Positions 39,378-47,012 of a stretch of DNA of 64,000 nt are shown piece by piece. The DNA lies in contig CAWDGJ010000001.1 in assembly GCA_963801815.1 (NCBI GenBank), positions 239,914 to 303,913 on the forward strand. The letters run 5' to 3'. Numbering within the stretch: the stretch's first letter is position 1; each line of letters starts with the position of its first letter. The position numbers and the translations under genes are program-made. Below the pieces are notes generated by a model. It worked only from the letters and a program-made list of their open reading frames with translations, was not told the origin of the DNA and did not search any database. Source of the stretch: an uncultured Verrucomicrobiae bacterium (GTDB lineage: Bacteria > Verrucomicrobiota > Verrucomicrobiia > Chthoniobacterales > UBA10450).

Positions 39378-40468
39378 TCGCTTAAAGCTTGTCCGCCTAA
39401 CCGCACTTCCACGTGGTCGCCGGTCAATGTGGAAAACTGCCGCTCCAAAAGGCGCTCGTCGACGCGTTGCTGGACGGCAGGGTCGGCTGGGTCGGGCTCA
39501 ATCTTTTTTGTTATCCGATAGAGCTCGAAACCATCGCCGCGGGGCAACGGATCGAGCACGTCCCCGGCGCTGATGCTCCAGAATTTCTGCTTCAATTCCT
39601 CGGGGACTGCATCGTGCAGAAAAGTCATTCGCCGAAACGGATATCGCGCTTCGGCCGCAATCTCTTCCATCGACATCCCATCTTGCCGAATGCAGAGGAG
39701 GGCTTCCTTAGCCGCCTCGAGCGACTCCACCTCAATCACTTCAGCTTCGAACTGGGTCAGAGGCATGCGCAACGTTGCCAACTGTTTTTGTCGAGCTTGG
39801 GAGGTCAGCACTTTTTCGCACAGACTCCTATAAGCAGCCTCCATGGCCACCGTCGCGTCGAACCATTTCTGATCGCGGCCGAGCTGTGCCAGCCAGTCAT
39901 TCAACTTCGCTTCGGCAACTTTAGTTCGATCCAGGAACGCTCTTCGCTCCATGCTGATTCTTTCCGGATCAATGTTGCCTTCCTCAATCGCGGCAAGCGC
40001 AGCCAGTCGCCACATCAGGCACGTATTCAACTGATCAAGCCCGCCCGAAAAAATAAGCTCGGTAGTAAAAAGCTCTCGCAGTTCTGACTGGGCTGCAATG
40101 AGATCGACATCATTCGATTCGATCTTCTCGTCGACCGTTGAAAGCCAATGTTGTCGCGCAAAGTAATCGGTGAAATCCGCGAGACTCAAGCCGCGCGCAG
40201 CCAGCCATTGCTCGGTTTCCTCGGCGGTAATCAGATCGTGCGCGTAACGGAAACTTTCCGCGGCCGCGTCGATCGCGTCATGGTCGAGCTCCAGCTCAAG
40301 CTCCTCAGCGCGCTCTTCCGCTCGCAGGCCGCGAAGAAACTGCTTCCACGTCGAATCGAGTTCATCGCGAAAGATCGCGGTGTCGATCAGGTCGCGGGAA
40401 TTATAGGTTTTTCCGCGACAAGCACACATCACGAGCTCGCCGGCGGAAGCTGATTCGGTCTGGGCCAT
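39374..40468 (-). CDS. Cytoplasmic PpiC/SurA foldase-like protein
   Basis: No signal peptide. Helical repeats (FRYAHDLITAEETEQWLAARGLSLADF) and a rotamase-like C-terminal part (AAKEALLCIRQDGMSMEEIA...AGDVLDP...FELYRI). ATGA overlap with the PCAT gene. Confidence 0.6.
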   Translation of the reverse strand: MAQTESASAGELVMCACRGKTYNSRDLIDTAIFRDELDSTWKQFLRGLRAEERAEELELELDHDAIDAAAESFRYAHDLITAEETEQWLAARGLSLADFTDYFARQHWLSTVDEKIESNDVDLIAAQSELRELFTTELIFSGGLDQLNTCLMWRLAALAAIEEGNIDPERISMERRAFLDRTKVAEAKLNDWLAQLGRDQKWFDATVAMEAAYRSLCEKVLTSQARQKQLATLRMPLTQFEAEVIEVESLEAAKEALLCIRQDGMSMEEIAAEARYPFRRMTFLHDAVPEELKQKFWSISAGDVLDPLPRGDGFELYRITKKIEPDPADPAVQQRVDERLLERQFSTLTGDHVEVRLGGQALSE

Positions 40469-40745
40469 TGAACTTTGGGGTCGGGTTTATATGACCTTGC
40501 CGGACAAAAGTCGAGACAATCGTGGCCTCAATTCTAGGCCACAAAGCGGAACGCCGTTTTTGAGGGCTCACTGTCAGCCAAGTCAAGCTTCACTTGGAGC
40601 CCAAGCGCAGAAGTGACCGTCAGCCAAAAGAGACCACTCCTGGTAAGGCAGAAATGAGGAAAAGGTTCTAACCCCTGCTGAGTTACGCTCGTTTCTCATG
40701 CAAACTGTTTGACTAGCCCTCTTAATACACTGTTCAGTTTATGCC

Positions 40746-41654
40746 ATGTCAGCTGCTTCGCTTCGCGCTCTGCTCACCCGATCGATCGATTACGCGGGAA
40801 TGTTTCCGCCCTGCAGTCTCGAGTTGGCGCCGGCGCTGAAGAATCAGGCCGACTACGCGCGCTCGGCGGATTCCTGGATGCTGTCAGCGTTTGTGTTGCC
40901 GGTTGCGAAATTCGCGGATGCCACGCCGCTTGTTTCTCAATTCGACAAGCACCATCCGCTGCGTGTCTCCGTGCTCGGTCCCAAAACGGAAAGCGCCAAA
41001 GATTTGCTGGCCGAGCTTGCGAAGGTCGGTGAAACGATTGGTTCGTTCCAGAAACAACACACCGACCTCGTCTCGATCGCCCAGCTGGAAATGATGCTTC
41101 CGGCCGATGTCGATATTGCGAAGTTGAATGAGGTCGCCGTGCTAGTGACGGATTTAAAGGTGCAGACTTTCTGGGAAACACCCGCCGAATCAGCCGAACA
41201 AACGATCGCGATGTTGGCGCGGGCGAAACATCCGGCGTTTGGGTATAAGTTGAGAACGGGCGGGGTGATTGCCGACGCTTTTCCAAGCTCAGTCCAGATT
41301 GCGCGAGCGATCCTTGCCTCGACGAAACACCATGTCCCAATCAAGTTTACGGCCGGGCTCCATCATCCGATTCGACAATTTCGGGAAGAAGTAAAAACTG
41401 AAATGCACGGATTTCTCAATGTGCTTGGGGCCGGCGTCCTTTCGGCGGAACACCACTGGGACGAAGCCCAAACGGTTGGTATGCTCGAAGACCAAAGCGC
41501 CGGGTCTTTCGAGTTTCACGACACTGTATTCGCCTGGCGCGATTGGGAAATCACCCTCGACCGCATCAAAGCTCGCCGAAAGTTTATTACTTCGTTTGGT
41601 AGCTGCAGCGTCGATGAGCCGCGGCAAGATTTGCGCGCCTTAAATCTGTTGTAA
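40746..41654 (+). CDS. Conserved hypothetical protein upstream of fahA
   Basis: Long ORF with enzyme-like motifs IDYAGMFPP, KLRTGG, KFTAGLHHP, HGFLN, SFGSCSVDEP. Confidence 0.8.
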   Translation: MSAASLRALLTRSIDYAGMFPPCSLELAPALKNQADYARSADSWMLSAFVLPVAKFADATPLVSQFDKHHPLRVSVLGPKTESAKDLLAELAKVGETIGSFQKQHTDLVSIAQLEMMLPADVDIAKLNEVAVLVTDLKVQTFWETPAESAEQTIAMLARAKHPAFGYKLRTGGVIADAFPSSVQIARAILASTKHHVPIKFTAGLHHPIRQFREEVKTEMHGFLNVLGAGVLSAEHHWDEAQTVGMLEDQSAGSFEFHDTVFAWRDWEITLDRIKARRKFITSFGSCSVDEPRQDLRALNLL

Positions 41655-41725
41655 GATAGGGGCGGTTCACCGAACCGCCATAACCGCCAGTCCGGCTCGG
41701 ACCGATTGAGGTCAAACGCCCTGCC
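41655..41725. repeat. GTAG-family REP doublet, copy 2 (degenerate)
   Basis: GATAGGGGCGGTTCACCGAACCGCC...CGATTGAGGTCAAACGCCCTGCC. Confidence 0.7.
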
Positions 41726-41726
41726 A

Positions 41727-42983
41727 ATGCCATTAAAATCATTCATTGATGTCGCGCCGGATTCGCATTTTCCGCTGGAGAACTTGCCGTTCGGTGTTTT
41801 CAAACCGCGCAATGGAAGCGCGCGAATCGGCGTCGCGCTCGGCGAGTACGTGGTTGATCTTGCCGCGCTCGAGGGGGCTGGACACTTTAAGGATCTCCAG
41901 GATCGACAACTGTTCGCGCGCGACTCACTAAACGATTTTCTTGCGCTCGGCAGGCCTGCCTGGAAGAAGGTTCGTGAAATTCTTCAAAAACTTCTCGCCG
42001 CTGAGACTCCGGCGTTGCGCGAAGATAAAAACCTGCGCGAACGCGTGTTTCATCGGCAATCGGAAGTCGCAATGCAATTGCCGGTGAAGATCGGCAATTA
42101 CACCGATTTTTATTCCTCTTATCATCACGCCCATAACGTCGGAACGATGTTGCGCGGTCCCGAGAACGCGCTGATGCCGAATTGGAAATGGTTGCCGGTA
42201 GCGTATCACGGCCGTGCCAGCTCGGTGGTGGTGAGCGGAACAGAGGTGCGCCGGCCGAAAGGGCAAATTAAACCACCGGATGTGGCGGCACCCGCTTTTG
42301 GCCCGACAAAAAGTTTGGATTATGAGCTGGAGATGGCGTTTCTGATTGGTCCCGGTAATTCGTTAGGCCAGCCGGTGCCGGTCGACCAAGCGGCAGATCA
42401 CATCTTCGGTTTCGTCCTAATGAACGATTGGAGCGCCCGCGACGTTCAAGCTTGGGAGTATCAGCCACTGGGGCCGTTTCTGGCCAAAAACTTTTGCACG
42501 AGCATTTCGCCGTGGGTCGTTACAATGGAAGCGCTCGAACCTTTCCGGAAGCCGCTGCCCAAACAAGATCCCGAACCGTTGCCCTATCTCCGCGCCAAGA
42601 GCGATTTTACGTTCGACATTCAACTCGAGGCGAATCTCCAAACGGTCAGGATGAAAGCGCCGCAAACAATTACGCGGACGAATTTTCAAAACCTTTACTG
42701 GAGCGTTTCGCAACAGCTCGCGCATCACGCGGTGGGTGGTTGTAATTTGCAACCAGGTGACTTGCTGGCGAGCGGAACAATCAGCGGCCCGACGGAGGAA
42801 TCGCGCGGTTGTATGCTCGAGCTTACCTGGCGCGGTGCAAATCCCCTAAAGCTGAAAAGCGGGGAGGAACGCAAGTGGCTTGAGGATGGCGACGTGTTGT
42901 CGATTACCGGGTGGTGCCAGGGAAGTGGTTTTCGCGTCGGGTTTGGCGAGGTCAGCGGGAAGGTTTTGCCGGCACAGTCCTAG
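41727..42983 (+). CDS. fahA: Fumarylacetoacetase
   Basis: FPLENLPFG, YTDFYSSYHHA, PVAYHGRASS, LDYELE, NDWSARDVQAWEYQPLGPF, GCMLELT. Confidence 0.95.
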   Translation: MPLKSFIDVAPDSHFPLENLPFGVFKPRNGSARIGVALGEYVVDLAALEGAGHFKDLQDRQLFARDSLNDFLALGRPAWKKVREILQKLLAAETPALREDKNLRERVFHRQSEVAMQLPVKIGNYTDFYSSYHHAHNVGTMLRGPENALMPNWKWLPVAYHGRASSVVVSGTEVRRPKGQIKPPDVAAPAFGPTKSLDYELEMAFLIGPGNSLGQPVPVDQAADHIFGFVLMNDWSARDVQAWEYQPLGPFLAKNFCTSISPWVVTMEALEPFRKPLPKQDPEPLPYLRAKSDFTFDIQLEANLQTVRMKAPQTITRTNFQNLYWSVSQQLAHHAVGGCNLQPGDLLASGTISGPTEESRGCMLELTWRGANPLKLKSGEERKWLEDGDVLSITGWCQGSGFRVGFGEVSGKVLPAQS

Positions 42984-43043
42984 AGCGCATTCTCATCGTC
43001 CGGGCGCCTAACATTTGTAGCAGGATGTCGGATTTCTGGTCTG

Positions 43044-43448
43044 ATGCCTGCTGACAGATTGACCCGGGTGAAAGCACAAATTCTGCACGTTGATGATGAC
43101 CCGGATATTCGTCTGCTGATTTCCGCCTCGCTTCAAGACTTCGGTTACGTCGTAGCGACAGCGGGAACGAATGCCGAGGCCCTGGAGTTGGCTGAAAAAG
43201 TGAAATTTGATTTGTTCATCCTCGATGTGCGACTCCCCGATGGCAACGGCATTGAGCTGTGTCAAAAAGTCAACCAACTGCAACCAAAGAGCCCGGTCGT
43301 TTATTATTCGGCCTACGCGAGCGATGAAGAACAGGAAGCGGCGTTATCGGTTGCCGGCGATGCCTACTTGAAGAAACCGGTCTCGGCTACGGTGTTGGAA
43401 AAGACGATCGCTGAGTTACTCGAGCGGACAGGCTTCCAAGCCGAATAG
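43044..43448 (+). CDS. Single-domain response regulator
   Basis: ILHVDDD, ILDVRLPDGNG, YSAY, YLKKP. Confidence 0.9.
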   Translation: MPADRLTRVKAQILHVDDDPDIRLLISASLQDFGYVVATAGTNAEALELAEKVKFDLFILDVRLPDGNGIELCQKVNQLQPKSPVVYYSAYASDEEQEAALSVAGDAYLKKPVSATVLEKTIAELLERTGFQAE

Positions 43449-43552
43449 TGCTTGAGCCTTCACGCGATGAAGTGACCGAACGGCTAGCCACTCTGTCCAC
43501 CTGGACGTTCTTGGTCACAATAGCTTTGCTGTGTTTAATTCGCGCACGGCGA

Positions 43553-43620
43553 CAAGGGCCTGTAGCTCAGCGGTTAGAGCAGCCCCGAAAGCTTTCAGGG
43601 TTGGTTATCAGAGGTTCGCA
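43553..43620 (+). pseudogene. Degenerate tRNA copy (5' part duplicated)
   Basis: 43553-43582 is identical to 43641-43670 (CAAGGGCCTGTAGCTCAGCGGTTAGAGCAG). It is followed by CCCCGAAAGCTTTCAGGG, TTGGTT and GGTTCG, with no pairing 3' acceptor strand. Confidence 0.7.
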
Positions 43621-43643
43621 TGATTTATTATGCGGAGCTTCAA

Positions 43644-43716
<73 letters not shown>

Positions 43717-43831
43717 GTCTACGCTCGCGTCATGACCAGAGCGTAGACTGTCGCGCCGGAGCATGGCGTAGGCGGACAATGATAGGCTTGCACAGTCGTG
43801 TGCAGCGAGCTACGACTCGGCAAGCTAGCGA

Positions 43832-44083
43832 ATGCCCCCGAACTTTTGCTACGTGTATATTCTGCAGAGCACTGCTGACCCGAAACGGTTCTATACGGGT
43901 TTGGCGACTGACTTACGAGAACGGATTGCAGCGCACAATCGAGGTCATGTTCGCTATACGTCTCTATGGAAGCCATGGGTCCTCAAAACGTATATCGCCT
44001 TTCGCGACCGCCGTCGAGCCGCTGAATTTGAGCGTTATCTGAAATCGGCGTCGGGCCGCGCCTTTGTGAAGAAGCGGTTGTAG
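43832..44083 (+). CDS. Stand-alone GIY-YIG nuclease family protein
   Basis: YVYILQS...FYTG...RIAAHN.G...T...PW, FERYLKSASGR. Confidence 0.9.
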   Translation: MPPNFCYVYILQSTADPKRFYTGLATDLRERIAAHNRGHVRYTSLWKPWVLKTYIAFRDRRRAAEFERYLKSASGRAFVKKRL

Positions 44084-44362
44084 CCACGCGGTCCAGTGCA
44101 ATTTCTGGCCTCCTATCCAATCAGAACGGAGCCCCAGAATTGTTCCGATTTGTTGATAAATTGTAAAAAAGTCACTTTTCCGCAGGGAACTCGTTGACAA
44201 TGTGAATAACTGTCACAATAATATCGCGTGTTGAAAAAATTCATCCCGCAGAAAACGATCTCGTCGATCGGAGAGGGGTCGTTGAATTCGGGGGGTGATG
44301 ATTCCAACCGGCCCGTCTACAGCGAGCAACCAAAATCACCAACCAACGAGTACAAAAAGTTT

Positions 44363-44770
44363 ATGGCTGAACATTCCGGCAAAGACGTCCTTTCCAGCGA
44401 CGTTGAAATTAAGGGCACGATCAAGTTCCAAAAGGAGCTTCTGATTGATGGCAAAGTTGAAGGCGAAATCAATTCCGACGGCGTACTGACCGTGGGCGAA
44501 AACGCGGATATTCGCGCCGAGATCAAAACAAAATCGATCACCATTTATGGCAAGGTTCAGGGGAACGTGAGCGTGAGCGAGCGTTGCGAATTAAAGTCCA
44601 AGTGCACGCTTCAGGGAGATTTGAAAGCGGCCCGCCTGATTATCGAGGAAGGCGCCACCTTTATCGGAAAATCGGAAGTTTCGAGCGGGATGAGCGTAAA
44701 AACGTCGACGAAGCCAGAAGTTGTCCGCCACGAAGAATCAGTAAAGCCTGCCTTCGCGGCCCGTGCTTAA
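44363..44770 (+). CDS. Bactofilin (polymer-forming cytoskeletal protein)
   Basis: EIKGTI, LIDGKVEGEI, VQGNV, LQGDL, IEEGATFIG. Confidence 0.9.
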   Translation: MAEHSGKDVLSSDVEIKGTIKFQKELLIDGKVEGEINSDGVLTVGENADIRAEIKTKSITIYGKVQGNVSVSERCELKSKCTLQGDLKAARLIIEEGATFIGKSEVSSGMSVKTSTKPEVVRHEESVKPAFAARA

Positions 44771-44794
44771 GATTGACCTCCGCCTTCTGAACTA

Positions 44795-45640
44795 GTGACC
44801 AAATCGTCGCCTGCTAAGGCCAGTGTGGAATGCCCCCACTGTGGCTTTAAGCAAATGGAGTATGTGGCGGCGAAATCGACGATTTGCCGGCAGTGTGGTC
44901 GCTCGTTTGCGCCAATGGCAGCGGCGCTCAAGCCTGAGGTTAAAACCGGGGACGCAGCCTCCGTCGGTGCAGGTGATGTTCCGCTTCATCGGAAGCTCGA
45001 GAACATGTGGAGCCGGCAGCGCAATCGCGTGGTTTCGTGCTTTGAATGCAAACGTAAGCACGAGGTCAGCGATCAGGCGACGTCGACGAATTGCCCGGGC
45101 TGCAGCGCGCACATCGACCTGCGCGATTACAAAATTACAACCAGCTTCAGTCGCACAATCCGCACGCGCGGAGATGTGCATCTTAGCAACAAGGGCGATC
45201 TCAGCAGCACCAGTGTGATTTGCCATTCGGCGATGATCGAAGGAAAGCTGCGCGGAAATCTCCAGTGCGAAGATTCGATGACGATTGATTTGGTCGGAAA
45301 AATTCCCGGCCGGATCGCTGCCCAAAATATCTCGGTCGAACGAAAGTCAGACATTCAATGTTTTCGTCGCGTGACCGTTGCCAACATTGACATCAAAGGG
45401 CGGATGTCGGCTGAAATTGTGGCCAGCGGTTCGGTAACAATTCGCAAGACGGGCTCGCTTGACGGGAACGTCACCGCAAAGTCGATCGCAATCGAGAAGG
45501 GCGGAATGTTTTCCGGACAACTCGTTATCGGGCAGGCAAGCCTGACTCAAGGTGAGCTTTTGCCGGAAGCGAAACCGGCCGAGCCAAAAGCTAAGACCGA
45601 CGTGCCAGTAGCGGCACCTCATCCGCTGCCCGCGACCTAG
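44795..45640 (+). CDS. Bactofilin-domain protein with two N-terminal zinc ribbons
   Basis: CPHC..CRQC and CFEC..CPGC, then beta-solenoid repeats ending IEKGGMFSG. Confidence 0.8.
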   Translation: MTKSSPAKASVECPHCGFKQMEYVAAKSTICRQCGRSFAPMAAALKPEVKTGDAASVGAGDVPLHRKLENMWSRQRNRVVSCFECKRKHEVSDQATSTNCPGCSAHIDLRDYKITTSFSRTIRTRGDVHLSNKGDLSSTSVICHSAMIEGKLRGNLQCEDSMTIDLVGKIPGRIAAQNISVERKSDIQCFRRVTVANIDIKGRMSAEIVASGSVTIRKTGSLDGNVTAKSIAIEKGGMFSGQLVIGQASLTQGELLPEAKPAEPKAKTDVPVAAPHPLPAT

Positions 45641-45648
45641 GTTGTCCG

Positions 45649-46068
45649 ATGCGAAGACTGCATCCGCGCAGTCCTTACGAAAAGCTCGGCGGTTATGTTC
45701 ATCTGCCGCGCTTGATCGACAAGGCGAAGCTGCATCGCAAAGGCCTCCTGGACGGCTACAACTACAAAACAGTCGGCTTCGACAAGCATCTCCTGAGTTT
45801 TTTAAAGATCGACGGCGACGCGTTTGAAGATGCCGTTCATCGTTTGGAGAAAGACGACGCGATCCTCAAATGGGTTCAGGAAAACAGCGTCAAGCATTCC
45901 GCGGACGACGTGGAGCACTGGAACCAGGCGATGGTTTCACGCCATCCCGACACCGCCGCCAAGAAGGCGCGTTTCAGTCATTTCTTGAAACAATCCGGCG
46001 GTGCCGGTCGAAAAGACATCCGGACTTACTTCGATCTGATCGAATTCGACGAAGGACGACTGAAATGA
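45649..46068 (+). CDS. DUF5069-like protein
   Basis: PRSPYEKLGGYVHLPRLIDKAK...FD..LLSFL...FDLIEFDEGR. Confidence 0.75.
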   Translation: MRRLHPRSPYEKLGGYVHLPRLIDKAKLHRKGLLDGYNYKTVGFDKHLLSFLKIDGDAFEDAVHRLEKDDAILKWVQENSVKHSADDVEHWNQAMVSRHPDTAAKKARFSHFLKQSGGAGRKDIRTYFDLIEFDEGRLK

Positions 46069-46077
46069 ACTACGGCC

Positions 46078-46209
46078 AAATTCGGAAATTCGAAATCCGA
46101 AACAATATCGAACGTCAAGATACGAATGTTCGAAAGCTTGCTGCCGGGTACGTTTTGCATTTCAAGTATTCTGGTTTGTTTCGAGTTTCGAACCTCGGAT
46201 TTCGAATTT
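46078..46209. repeat. Heptamer-based inverted-repeat element between convergent genes
   Basis: Perfect 15 bp inverted repeat AAATTCGAAATCCGA (46086-46100) / TCGGATTTCGAATTT (46195-46209). Confidence 0.7.
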
Positions 46210-46963
46210 AACCAACGTCGTTACCCGTAAGAATTTTGTCCGCGTCCGCCAGCGTTTCCTTGCTGCCAATGTCCAGCCAGCGTCCCTTGATCTCGAAAGT
46301 ACTCACCGGTTGGCGCGTATACAACCATTGCAGGAAAAGTCCGGGCTGGTCCGGATTATTCCCGGCGGCCAGATAGGTTGTGACCATCGACAACACCTCG
46401 CGCGAGTAATAGTAAAGCGCGATTGCGGCGAGTGTGCTCTTTGGTTGCTTCGGTTTTTCTTCGAAGTTCGTGATCACGCCGTTTTTGTCGACTGTGACGG
46501 TTCCGTATTTTTTCATCGCTTCGAGATCTCCGACATCATGCACCGCAACGGTGACCGGTGATTTTTGGGCGACGCTAACGAACTCATTCAGTGACTGCTC
46601 GAACAAATTATCGCCCGCGATGACAAGCAAATCCTCGTTCGCCAGATTTTCCCGGGTCAGCACGAGATTGATATCGCCAATCGCGCCGAGCTTATCGTCG
46701 TCGCTGGTTGACCCGTCGTTGATGATTTTGATCTGCATTCTGGGGTGGCGTTCCTGGTAAGCGTTCGCCCAATTCTGAAAATCCTTCGCGAACCTGTTGT
46801 TGGTTACGATAAAAACCGTCCCCAGGCCTGAAACGGTGAGAAGATTGTCGAATAGCCATTCGATCATCGGTTTGCCGCCAACTTCCAAAAGAGGTTTCGC
46901 TTTATTCAAAGTCAGTGGGTAAAGCCGCGTCGCATATCCGGCCGCGAGAATGAGCGCGTTCAT
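46208..46963 (-). CDS. Sugar-phosphate nucleotidyltransferase
   Basis: LILAAGYATRLYPLT...KPLL, IAGDN, FEEKP, WLDIG. Confidence 0.9.
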   Translation of the reverse strand: MNALILAAGYATRLYPLTLNKAKPLLEVGGKPMIEWLFDNLLTVSGLGTVFIVTNNRFAKDFQNWANAYQERHPRMQIKIINDGSTSDDDKLGAIGDINLVLTRENLANEDLLVIAGDNLFEQSLNEFVSVAQKSPVTVAVHDVGDLEAMKKYGTVTVDKNGVITNFEEKPKQPKSTLAAIALYYYSREVLSMVTTYLAAGNNPDQPGLFLQWLYTRQPVSTFEIKGRWLDIGSKETLADADKILTGNDVG

Positions 46964-47012
46964 GAGAAGTTCGGGACAATAGACGGACGATCTGGATGCG
47001 CCACTGGAAGAA

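Noticed and set aside
40470..40700. Sigma54 promoter or operator for the export operon (GG-N10-GC at 40579-40566; AC(T/C)GTCAGCCAA repeat at 40570 and 40616)
   Set aside because: Match to consensus is poor outside the dinucleotides; not supportable without comparative data.
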